Assembly (NCBI GenBank): GCA_964035545.1
Contig: OZ037766.1
Location: 33,346,773-33,410,772, forward strand
From: Bugula neritina
Lineage: Eukaryota > Animalia > Bryozoa
Direction: 5' to 3'
DNA: 64,000 nucleotides
The notes under the pieces were generated by a model. That model searched no databases, was not told the DNA's origin, and saw only the letters and a list, made by a program, of their open reading frames with translations. Position numbers and translations under genes: made by a program. This document shows, piece by piece, positions 1 to 12,100 of the stretch (the stretch's first letter is position 1; each line of letters starts with the position of its first letter).

Positions 1-3000
1 GAGGGTCGGCCGACTATTAACAGGTGAGTTCTTCCTTCTTCTCTCTGTATCCTCCCTCTCCCTCTCCTTCTCCCTCTCCCTCTCCCTCTCCCTCTCCCTC
101 TCCCTCTCCCTCTCCCTCTCCCTCTCCCTCTCCCTCTCCCTCTCCCTCTCCCTCCCCCTCCCCCTCCCCCTCCCCCTCCCCCTCCCCCTCCCCCTCCCCC
201 TCCCCCTCCCCCTCCCCCTCCCCCTCCCCCTCCCCCTCCCCCTCCCCCTCCCCCTCCCCCTCCCCCTCCCCCTCCCCCTCCCCCTCCCCCTCCCCCTCCC
301 CCTCCCCCTCCCCCTCCCCCTCCCCCTCCCCCTCCCCCTCCCCCTCCCCCTCCCCCTCCCCCTCCCCCTCCCCCTCCCCCTCCCCCTTCCCTCTCCCCCT
401 CCCTCTCTCTCTCTCTCTCTATATATATACTCTACAGTCTACACTACATACACTTCATGCACTGTATACTCCGTTACTATCTCTGCTTGCAGACGTCTGG
501 CGTATGACCAGGCTGATGTCGCTGATCTGACAGGAAGTCAGCCTCCAACGGATGTCGCTGCCTCTCCAAGGTCATCAGTCAGGAGTGTGACTCCTAAATC
601 TAGTCTGGACAGCGAATCAGAAGGTTTGTTACTCATCAACAGTCAGTTAAAGCTCTTGTAGCTCAGTTGAATTCTGGGAATGTTAGTCTGTCATTTGTTC
701 TTATGTTCACAATGTCTACATGAGACTGTTTAAGTTCTCATCCCATCTGTCATATAAATCTGCTCCCTACCTGCTTCCCTCTCCCTACCTGCTTCCCTCT
801 CCCTACCTGCTTCCCTCTCCCTACCTGCTTCCCTCTCCCTACCTGCTTCCCTCTCCCTACCTGCTTCCCTCTCCCTACCTGCTTCCCTCTCCCTACCTGC
901 TTCCCTCTCCCTACCTGCTTCCCTCTCCCTACCTGCTTCCCTCTCCCTACCTGCTTCCCTCTCCCTACCTGCTTCCCTCTCCCTACCTGCTTCCCTCTCC
1001 CTACCTGCTTCCCTCTCCCTACCTGCTTCCCTCTCCCTACCTGCTTCCCTCTCCCTACCTGCTTCCCTCTCCCTACCTGCTTCCCTCTCCCTACCTGCTT
1101 CCCTCTCCCTACCTGCTTCCCTCTCCCTACCTGCTTCCCTCTCCCTACCTGCTTCCCTCTCCCTACCTGCTTCCCTCTCCCTACCTGCTTCCCTCTCCCT
1201 ACCTGCTTCCCTCTCCCTACCTGCTTCCCTCTCCCTACCTGCTTCCCTCTCCCTACCTGCTTCCCTCTCCCTACCTGCTTCCCTCTCCCTACCTGCTTCC
1301 CTCTCCCTACCTGCTTCCCTCTCCCTGGTAGACCAATTAGAGACTGTGTTGTGATGTGTTGCTAGGAGACCTAGTAGACCGGTACAGCAGTCTCTTAGAA
1401 GATGTGCAGGAGTCCCAGTGTGCCCTGATAGACGAGACAAAGGACGCCCACGCTCTCCTAGTTGACTTACAGAACCTCCTACTCAACGGAGAGGATGACT
1501 TGGAGCTCAGTCTAGACATGTCTCAGAACTCAGGCAATCAGGAGCAGGTAACTCTATACATACACATGCTATACTCACACATGCTATACTTACACATGCT
1601 ATACTAACACATGCTATACATACACATGCTATACTTACACATGCTATACTTACACATGCTATACTTACACATGCTATACATACACATGCTATACTTACAC
1701 GTGCTATACTTACACATGCTATACTTACACATGCTATACCTACACATGCTATACTTACACATGCTATACTTACACCTTTTAAATGTACACATGCTATACT
1801 TACACATGCTATACTTACACCTTTTAAATGTACACCTGTTATACGTACACCTGTTATACGTACACCTGTTATACGTACACCCGTTATACTTACACCTGTT
1901 ATACGTACACATGTTATACTTACACCTGTTATACTTACACCTGTTATACGTACACAAATTAATATCTGTTTAGCTGGTGATCTACAAGGCTAGGATGCAG
2001 CAGACTGAGGAGGCGTGCAGACAGCTGCGTGAGGAGTTGAGTCGTACTAAACAGGAGTGTATGCAGCTGCAGGGTATGAAACAGGGGTTACACCAGAGAC
2101 TTAGTGAACTGCAGCAGGAAATCTTGCAGGTTGCAACATACATACATACGTACAGTGATAGTCTAAAGTGTAATATAATACATACAGTGGTAGTCTAAAG
2201 TGTAATATAATATATACAGTGATAGTCTAAAGTGTAATATAATATATACAGTGATAGTCTAAAGTGTAATATAATATATACAGTGATAGTCTAAAGTGTA
2301 ATATAATATATACAGTGATAGTCTAAAGTGTAATATAATACGTACAGTGATAGTCTAAAGTGTAATATAATAATACATACGTACAGTGATAGTCTAAAGT
2401 GTAATATAATATACACAGTGATAGTCTAAAGTGTAATATAATATATACAGTGATAGTCTAAAGTGTAATATAATACGTACAGTGATAGTCTAAAGTGTAA
2501 TATAATATATACAGTGATAGTCTAATGTGTAATATAATACATACAGTGATAGTCTAAAGTGTAATATAATAATACATACGTACAGTGATAGTCTAAAGTG
2601 TAATATAATATACACAGTGATAGTCTAAAGTGTAATATAATATATACAGTGATAGTCTAAAGTGTAATATAATACGTACAGTGATAGTCTAAAGTGTAAT
2701 ATAATATATACAGTGATAGTCTAATGTGTAATATAATATATACAGCGATAGTCTAAAGTGTAATATAATATATACAGTGATAGTCTAAAGTGTAATATAA
2801 TAATACATATATAGAGTTATAGTCTAAAGTGTAATATAATATATACAGCGATAGTCTAAAGTGTAATATAATATATACAGTGATAGTCTAAAGTGTAATA
2901 TAATACACATAGTGATAGTCTAAAGGTTGCACAATTGACCTCTACAGATGAAGGCACTGAAGCTAAGGTCTGACATGGTAGAGACGGACAGTGAGGAGAC

Positions 3001-6000
3001 GGAGAGGCTGAGAGACGAGCTGACGGAGAAGACGACCATGTTGAACAGGATGCATACGGAGCTGGGGCGGAGAGACAAGACTATTGCTCGTCTGGAGGCG
3101 GAGTTACAGCTCCAGTCAACCCACTCCGGTGACGTGAGTCTTTAGTCTGTGTAGTAACCAGGAGTTGTTCTCCCTGTACGCTGGCTATAAGGACAGGCAA
3201 CTCTTGTAGTTGTTCTCTCTGTACACTGGCTATAAGGACAGATAACTCTTGTACTGTAGTTGTTCTCCCTGTACACTGGCTATAAAGACAGATAACTCTT
3301 GTACTGTAGTTGTTCTCTCTGTACACTGGCTATAAGGACAGAGAACTCTTGTACTGTAGTTGTTCTCCCTGTACACTGGCTATAAGGACAGATAACTCTT
3401 GTACTGTAGTTGTTCTCTCTGTACACTGGCTATAAGGACAGAGAACTCTTGTACTGTAGTTGTTCTCCCTGTACACTGGCTATAAGGACAGATAACTCTT
3501 GTAGATAATCAAATCACTGGAGCTTCAACTTTCCACTACCAAATCTAAACTTTCAGACGCTGAGCAGAAGTCAAGTCCGGGTCAAAGTTCAAGCAGCAGT
3601 CCGTCCACAACCCTCTCCCGCAGACTCGATCCTAAGGTACAGCTTTGCGGCATATTCAGCACAATAGTTAGAGTTATCTTTCCTTTATACTCTCAGTTAG
3701 AGTTATCTCTCCTTTATACACTCAGTTAGAGTTACCTCTCCTTTATACTCTCAGTTAGAGTTATCTCTCCTTTATACACTCAGGTAAAGTTATCTCCCCT
3801 TTATACTCTCAGTTAGAGTTATCTCACCTCTTTACTCTCAGTTAGAGTTATCTCTCTTTTATACTCTCAGTTAGAGTTATCTCACCTCTTTACTCTCAGT
3901 TAGAATTGTCTCTCCTTTATACTCTCAGTTAGAGTTATCTGCTCCTGTCGGCGAGGAAATCAAAATGGCGGAGTCAGCTCTTGAGAGTCTGAAATGTTCG
4001 AATCCCGGAAACTCTGTGAACATCGAGTTACTGGAGAACGCGTTTGTTGCCATGGTAACCAGAGTGAAGGAAGCTGGCAAACAGCCAGCCAAACCAACGG
4101 CTGAGGTGAAAGGTCATCAGGTTCTGAGCCGCCCCCCACCTCTGCAGAAGAGAGACTCGACTAAGGTGATGAGTTACTCGGCTAAGAGGTCTCTCTCTAC
4201 AACATTGTAATAGCATGTTATGTAATATAATATAATAGTATGTTATGTAATATAATATAATAGTATGTTATGTAATATAATATAATAGTATGTTATGTAA
4301 TATAATATAATAGTATGTTATGTAATATAATATAATAGTATGTTATGTAATATAATATAATAGTGTGTTATGTAATATAATATAATAGTATGTTATGTAA
4401 TGTAATATAATAGTATGTTATGTAATATAATATAATAGTATGTAATATAATATAATAGTATGTAATATAATATAATAGTATATAATATAATAGTATGTTA
4501 TGTAATATAATATAATAGTATGTTTTGTCAACAGCTGCTGTGTTTCTGCTCCAACTCTGTTACACCTTCTATGAAGACGGTTCAGAAGAAGTTAGGGGAG
4601 ATAACTCTTAGAGATTACAAATCTGCCTTTTCCTCTGGTCATCTCTTAGAAGGGGGCAACTGTATACGTCTGCGGTAAGTATATAATAGTATATCAGAGA
4701 GTAAGTATATCAGAGAGTAAGTATATCAGAAGGTAAGTATATCAGAGAGTAAGTATATCAGAGAGTAAGTATATCAGAGAGTAAGTATATCAGAGAGTAA
4801 GTATGTCAGAAGGTAAGTATATCAGAGAGTAAGTATATCAGAGAGTAAGTATATCAGAATGTAAGTATATCAGAGAGTAAGTATATCAGAGAGTAAGTAT
4901 ATCAGAGAGTAAGTATATCAGAAGGTAAGTATATCAGAGAGTAAGTATATCAGAGAGTAAGTGTATCAGAGAGTAAGTGTATTAGAAAGTAAGTATATTA
5001 GAAAGTAAGTATATCAGAGAGTAAGTATATCAGAAAGTAAGTATATCAGAGAGTAAGTATATCAGAGAGTAAGTATATCAGAGAGTAAGTATATCAGAGA
5101 GTAAGCATATCAGAGAGTAAGCATATCAGAGAGTAAGTGTATCAGAGAGTAAGTGTATTAGAAAGTAAGTATATTAGAAAGTAAGTATATCAGAGAGTAA
5201 GTATATCAGAAAGTAAGTATATCAGAGAGTAAGTATATCAGAGAGTAAGTATATCAGAGAGTAAGTATGTCAGAAGGTAAGTATATCAGAGAGTAAGTAT
5301 ATCAGAGAGTAAGTATATCAGAATGTAAGTATATCAGAGAGTAAGTATATCAGAGAGTAAGTATATCAGAGAGTAAGTATATCAGAAGGTAAGTATATCA
5401 GAGAGTAAGTATATCAGAGAGTAAGTGTATCAGAGAGTAAGTGTATTAGAAAGTAAGTATATTAGAAAGTAAGTATATCAGAGAGTAAGTATATCAGAAA
5501 GTAAGTATATCAGAGAGTAAGTATATCAGAGAGTAAGTATATCAGAAGGTAAGTATATCAGAGAGTAAGTACATCAGAAAGTAAGTACATCAGAAAGTAA
5601 GTATATCAGAGAGTAAGTATATCAGAAAGTAAGTATATCAGAGAGTAAGTATATCAGAGAGTAAGTATATCAGAGAGTAAGTATATCAGAAAGTAAGTAT
5701 ATCAGAAGGTAAGTATATCAGAAAGTAAGTATATCAGAAGGTAGGTATATCAGAGAGTAAGTATATCAGAAAGTAAGTATATCAGAGAGTAAGTATATCA
5801 GAGAGTAAGTATATCAGAGAGTAAGTGTATCAGAAGGTAAGTATATCAGAAAGTAAGTATATCAGAAGGTAGGTATATCAGAGAGTAAGTATATCAGAGA
5901 GTAAGTATATCAGAGAGTAAGTATATCAGAAAGTAAGTATATTAGAGAGTAAGTATATCAGAGAGTAAGTATATCAGAAAGTAAGTATATCAGAGAGTAA

Positions 6001-6207
6001 GTATATCAGAGAGTAAGCGTATCAGATAGTAAGTATGCCAGAGAGTAAGTATATCAGAGAGTAAGTATATAAACTGATTGCAGATACTCATTCAAGGCGC
6101 AGGACCCGGAGTTCGGTACGGTGAAGGAGGAACTGTCGGAGGACACTGACCTCGTACCCGGCTGGGAGGGGAAGGTGATTGGCTGGATTGAGGAGGACTT
6201 GGCATAG
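1..6207 (+). CDS. DIXDC1: Dixin (coiled-coil + C-terminal DIX domain, Wnt pathway), 5'-truncated
   Basis: Phase-compatible GT-AG exons: <1-23, 493-623, 1366-1547, 1974-2129, 2948-3133, 3505-3636, 3929-4165, 4535-4674, 6084-6207 (TAG). Coiled coil [27 protein letters not shown] and C-terminal DIX domain [59 protein letters not shown] closely resemble DIXDC1/Ccd1 as I recall it. Confidence 0.93.
50..420. repeat. Polypyrimidine microsatellite (CCCTCT)n/(CCCCTC)n/(CT)n
   Basis: Direct reading; Dixin intron. Confidence 0.95.
763..1326. repeat. 21-bp minisatellite, ~27 near-perfect copies
   Basis: Unit CTCCCTACCTGCTTCCCTCT-like (SPYLLP repeat ORF); Dixin intron. Confidence 0.95.
1553..2925. repeat. 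Two intronic minisatellites (15-bp, 1553-1955; ~27-bp, 2145-2925) flanking a Dixin exon
   Basis: Units TACACATGCTATACT and ACAGTGATAGTCTAAAGTGTAATATAATAT-like. Confidence 0.92.
3162..3503. repeat. 50-bp minisatellite ending at the acceptor
   Basis: Unit GTACTGTAGTTGTTCTCYCTGTACACTGGCTATAAGGACAGATAACTCTT. Confidence 0.92.
3667..3940. repeat. 29-bp minisatellite spanning the intron/exon junction
   Basis: Unit CTCTCAG|TTAGAGTTATCTCTCCTTTATA includes the acceptor and the first 12 exon bases. Confidence 0.92.
4675..6070. repeat. 16-bp minisatellite of splice-donor copies (~85 units)
   Basis: Unit GTAAGTATATCAGAGA fills the intron that splits the DIX domain. Confidence 0.95.
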
Positions 6208-9164
6208 TGCCAACTCCGTGAGTCATGCTTGTCTACTTATACATCCTGTCATGTGATATACATATAATTATACTGGTATAATATATATTGTACTGTTATA
6301 ATATATATTATACTGGTATACTATATATTATACTGTTATAATAATTATTATACTGGTATAATATATATTATACTGGTATAATATATATTATACTGTTATA
6401 ATATATATTATGCTGTTATAATATATATTATACTGTTATAATATATATTATACTGTTATAATATATGTTATACTGTTATAATATATATTATGCTGTTATA
6501 ATATATATTATACTGTTATAATATGTATTATACTGTTATAATATATATTATACTGGTATATAATATATATTATGCTGTTATATAATATATATTATGCTGT
6601 TATATAATATATATTATACTGGTATATAATATTATACATATTGTGTGATGTACTTCAAATTTTGTTATATGCCCTTTTTCTCTATTTTATTCATTACTTG
6701 TGGTTTATTTACTTCACAGCCTGAAGAACCACTACAAACTCTTTGATCTCAACTGCTGCGGGGGGGCTCAACCGCCCTCAAAGTCGGCCAGGGTGACTAC
6801 GCAACCTCAGCTAATGTCAGGACAAATATTTAGTCATTTGGTTATATTTTTCTATTTATTAGTTTGTGTTTTTGTTACCGGGTTATATCTCTGTACAGAT
6901 GTGTGCGATCGTTCTCCTTCTGCTATATTACTGTATTACCATATTACTATATTACCAATATGCTACTATATATTACTGTATAGTACTGTATCATTATTGT
7001 AGATAATTATTTTGTATTCTTCACACTCTTCTTTGTGACAGTCTCGCCATTTCTGATTTGCCTCTGAACAATCTAAAAATATGAATTTTAATATATTTTC
7101 ACTTATTGGTTCAAATTTGTACTGCAGCTAGAAATCTAGATGACTTAGTTTATACATTTTAAATCAAGTAACAACTTGTAATATTATTTTTAATATTTCA
7201 AGACTTGAAACGAAATAAATACCGTAATGTGCTAGCCAATACTGTGTTCAGTTTGTTCACCCGCCTTGCACACTCTACTATCACATGTCAACTCTCTCAC
7301 TTTACACACTCTACTATCACCTGTCATCTCTCTCACTCACCTGGTTTACATGATATTGTTGCCCAGGATTCTTTTATAACATAGCTTGTAGTGTAGGTAA
7401 AACTAAGTGTCTATTCAGCAGACTATAACAAATATCATTGGCCGTCAAGCCATAGGCCTAACATATGCATTCAGATTATGTTTAGGGGGTGCAGACACAT
7501 CTCTTAGTAAAAGTCAAAGAGCTTGCTTGCTGTTAGCTTCAACTCTGCTACAACCTATGCTTTAACACACTTTGATGCTCCAACTTGGCTGTAAGTACCA
7601 ACTCTGCATTCAGTCTACCACCTCCAACATTAGCTAAGAGTTTGCAATTTGGAAGCCAAGACGAACTGTTAGGAAGAGTATATTGCAGACTGCACTCTCC
7701 CACACCTCACACGTGTACTAGTTTACTCAGTATATACTCATTGAGCAGCTGCCAGCTTGACTTGTCACCACGGAGACAAGATGCTATTCTACACTCATAT
7801 ACTACAGCTATCTATTGTTTGGACCAAACTTACGTGTGAATTACTCCATTTAATGTTTATCCACTTGGCCACGCCAGCTAAAGTGGCCATAAAACAATAA
7901 AACTGATAAATCTAAACTCTTGAAAGATTCTCAAAGGCCGTGTGTCATCGCACCGTGTCATCGGTCGCAGTTCTTAGTTCTGATAAACGAATTTCATTTG
8001 CTTTCAGGTCTTGGGTCTATCATTACTAGTTGGCTCAGAAGTTTAACATATGACAACTATAATATTTACTTTTACACTTTGAATTAAAAAATAAGTCAAA
8101 TATTTATTTAGTTTACTTTTTTTGTATTTTGTTAGGTATAGTAAACTGTTAATTTGCACAACAAAAGTGATTATGCAAGCATCAGTGAGCAAGAAGTAGC
8201 TAATTATTCTGCCCTGAAGGTAACTGGCATCATTTCCATAGCTGTGTATATCTAAGCTGCATCTTTCTATAGTTCATTCATGTTACTTTTCTGAAATAAT
8301 TGCACTCCTATGATGTTATAGAGCACTTATGTCTTGTAGTTGATTTGTGTCACTTAATAACTTAGCATTGTACCAGTTCAATACTGGTTGGTGTATGGGG
8401 AGGGTAAGAGCACCACCCAATAAATACACTTTAGTAAACACTGAGCTTCCCAATAATATTCACTGTGGTACCTTTTCAGTAGAAAATATTTAATATAGAG
8501 ATTTGAAAACAACTAGTAAAAACTATTTTATATATCCATTACTAGTCACATGACTAGAGGCATTATTTATATACAACATGTTTTAATAAAAAAATATTTA
8601 AAATAAACTCTAAATATAGTAAAATTCGTTAATGACATGTTCAGTGTAATGTAACAAATATATAATATTATCATGCACACGCAAATATTATTACAACATA
8701 AAATGTCAAAAACTTAATGACAGTACAAGTCTAAATTTTCTGCTATAAACAAAAACATAAATTGTTTTACAAAGCACTAAACCAGCTTGTGTAGTGAAGC
8801 GTGAGTGAATGTGACAACCAAGTTGGCCGATAGCTCCTTGTGGCTGAAGTTTGTTGAAGGAGTATACAAGTTAGGAGAATATCAAGTGAGCGTCTGTCAT
8901 GCGCTGTCGTATTTCAACTCATTCATGTGTTATTCCTGCTGACTCTAACTTAACAGATCTTGTGCTGACTTTCTCATGAATATCCGAACTATTATTCTTA
9001 CAGCATACAATCATATTATTACTATATTATAATATATTATAACTATACTATAATATATTATTACTATATTATAATATATACCATACCGAATCTAAGTTAA
9101 ATATTCTATACAATATAGCCATCAGAGATATAGTAATACTAACAGGCAGGAAGTTAATGTAACA

Positions 9165-12100
9165 TTACAACGAAACTAAAGTATTAGAGCTGCCAGAAAT
9201 GTCAGGATGTGAGATCATTTCCTGTGTGGTAGACTCGGCACACTCACTGGAACTCGGCGAACCTTTAGACTCTGTGTCGGTCACAAACTTCTCGCCCCCT
9301 CCTTTCTTTTTGATAAGTTTTCTTTCCTTAGCTCGTCTGTTTTGAAACCATATTTTTACCTGAAAAATCCAACAGCAATCGACAATCAAAGGGATCCTCT
9401 GGGGGATTTAGTATCAGGGGTCTACTTTTAGGGGGTACTATATTAGGGGGTGCTAAAATCGGTCTGCAATAGATGAGAGGTTACTATTAGGAGCGTATAG
9501 TATAGATGAGAGGTTACTATCAGGAGTGTATAGTATATAGATGGGGGTTGGTATCAGGAGCGTATAGTATAGATGAGGGTTGGTATCAGGAGCGTATAGT
9601 AAAGATGAGGGTTGGTATCAGGAGCGTATAGTATAGATGAGGGTTGGTATCAGGAGTGTATAGTATATAGATGGGGGTTGGTATCAGGAGCGTATAGTAT
9701 AGATGAGGGTTGGTATCAGGAGCGTATAGTATAGATGAGGGTTGGTATCAGGAGCGTATAGTATATAGATGAGGGGTTACCATTAGGAGTGTATAGTATA
9801 GATGGGGGGTTACCATTAGGAGTGTATAGTATATAGATGGGGGTTGGTATCAGGAGCGTATAGTATAGATGAGGGTTGGTATCAGGAGTGTATAGTATAT
9901 AGATGGGGGTTGGTATCAGGAGCGTATAGTATAGATGAGGGTTGGTATCAGGAGCGTATAGTATAGATGAGGGTTGGTATCAGGAGTGTATAGTATATAG
10001 ATGGGGGTTGGTATCAGGAGTGTATAGTATATAGATGGGGGTTGGTATCAGGAGCGTATAGTATAGATGAGGGTTGGTATCAGGAGTGTATAGTATAGAT
10101 GGGGGTTGGTATTAGGAGCGTATAGTATAGATGGGGGTTAGTATCAGGAGTGTAGTAGTCTGTGAATTACCAACAGGAAATGCTGAATCTGTAAACATTT
10201 GAAAGCTGCCACTGCTGCTGCCAGAGCATTATTTCTGGTAGAAATCAGATAATTTTAGCATAAATGATTAATACAAGTAATCATAGTCTTACCACTACAG
10301 TTATACCAAAGATAAGTATGCTGCTGAGAAATTACAGCGGGAAACGGCTAGAACAAAAGCTAGGAAATTAAACACCTTAATAATTGGTTAATTAATTGGC
10401 AGGCAGGCTTAGCAATAAAAAAGTAATAAAAAAGTTGATTATAGATTGCGAAGAGCTGTCTGTTATATCCCTCTGGCAGCAGAAGGTGGAGCAAGGCAGC
10501 AGATGTGGGTGTGTAGAGAGGGTCTGCGTTTATATAACAAAGTCAGCTGTACAGTGGAACACATATACAATGGAACACATATACAATGGAACACATACAC
10601 AATATGTTCACTATAAATGATGCCAAACTACCACTTTTAAGAGTGATGGGTTTTTGTCAAAAGAATATTGATTATTCTTAAACAACAAACTAGAAAGCTG
10701 AATGCTGTCTATACTGACACTAAATTGAGATTTTAATGGTAAAAGAAAATACTCATTTAAATTGAATTTAAATTAATTATGTGCTGAAATTTGATTGCAT
10801 AACATATTTCTTTATTTCAACTACCAAAATTGCGGCAATTACCATATATATTCAAGTTATAATAACAACCACTATTAACAACTTCAACATTAATTAGTGA
10901 ATAGTGTATCAAGTGAAAGAGTTTTACGGAACTTGTCATTCTCAGAGAGGTTAATGTAACTCACCTGTCTTTCGGAGAGGTTGAGGGTAATTGCAAGCTC
11001 AGCCTTGCGTCTTATTGTTATGTAACGACTATAGTGGAATTCCTTTTCTAGTTCCAGTCTCTGGTGGTCGCTGTATACAACTCGGTATTTGTCTTTCGTC
11101 CTAGTCTTACCTGCCAAACATAAGTATAACTATAGTATTACCTGCCAAACATAAGTATAACTATTATAGTAAACTTATAGTATTACATCACATTATATGC
11201 ATTTCTCAAAAGATGACAGAATGGGTTGGATATTAACAGAGATAACCAACTCAGAGATCTATCTAACCTAATATGTACATGTTTATCTTTAATTCTAACC
11301 ACTGATTTACATAAATTGTATTAAATTAAACAATATAGGTAAAAGTATGCTTTGTCAGTAATTTTAAGCTGACCGGGCTTTAAAGCTCAAGATTGTTTTT
11401 TATTTAGTTTAGTTCTTATTTTGGTTATTTTAGTTTTATAATGACTTCTGCTACAAAAAATCTTTCATGTAAAAAATTAAAGTAAAATTCACTCAACTCA
11501 TTTCTATTTTTGTCAGGGCATAACAAAATATTTAGAAATTCTAACTGCGACATGCAAATTACGAAACAAAAGTAATACTGCCTTATATGGTTGTACGTTT
11601 TCACATCTCTAATGTGTTCTAACAGATCATTAACTGAATGACGTCAAGAAAATTATTTGTAATTTATATTTAGCCAACATCTTGATATTGTTATAGATGT
11701 TCCTTTTTATAATGGAGTATTTTGCTATATTATATTATATTATAATATTATGTTATATCATATTATATAATCATATACTATATATTATATGTTAAGTTAT
11801 ATGTTATAGATCACTAGTTCATTTTTGCTTTATGGATTGTTATAATATTATAAAAAAGCTGTCATCCTTGTGGAAGGGTTTTTTTTTTAAATCAAGCTAA
11901 GGATTTATTCAGATGGGGCACAGGAGCAATTATGACTGGATGCTCCTCTTAACATCACCAATGGCCTTTGTCGGGTCCGAACCCATAACTTCGTGTTTAC
12001 TAGGCAAACGCTTTAACCCCTAGACTACGGCTGCGCCCTATAGATTATTATATTATATTATATTATATTATATTATATTATATTATATTATATTATATTA

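Noticed and set aside
11965-12038. Possible tRNA gene
   Set aside because: A/B boxes are present, but I could not form a proper acceptor stem, and the sequence continues into a body with a poly-A tail; better explained as a SINE.
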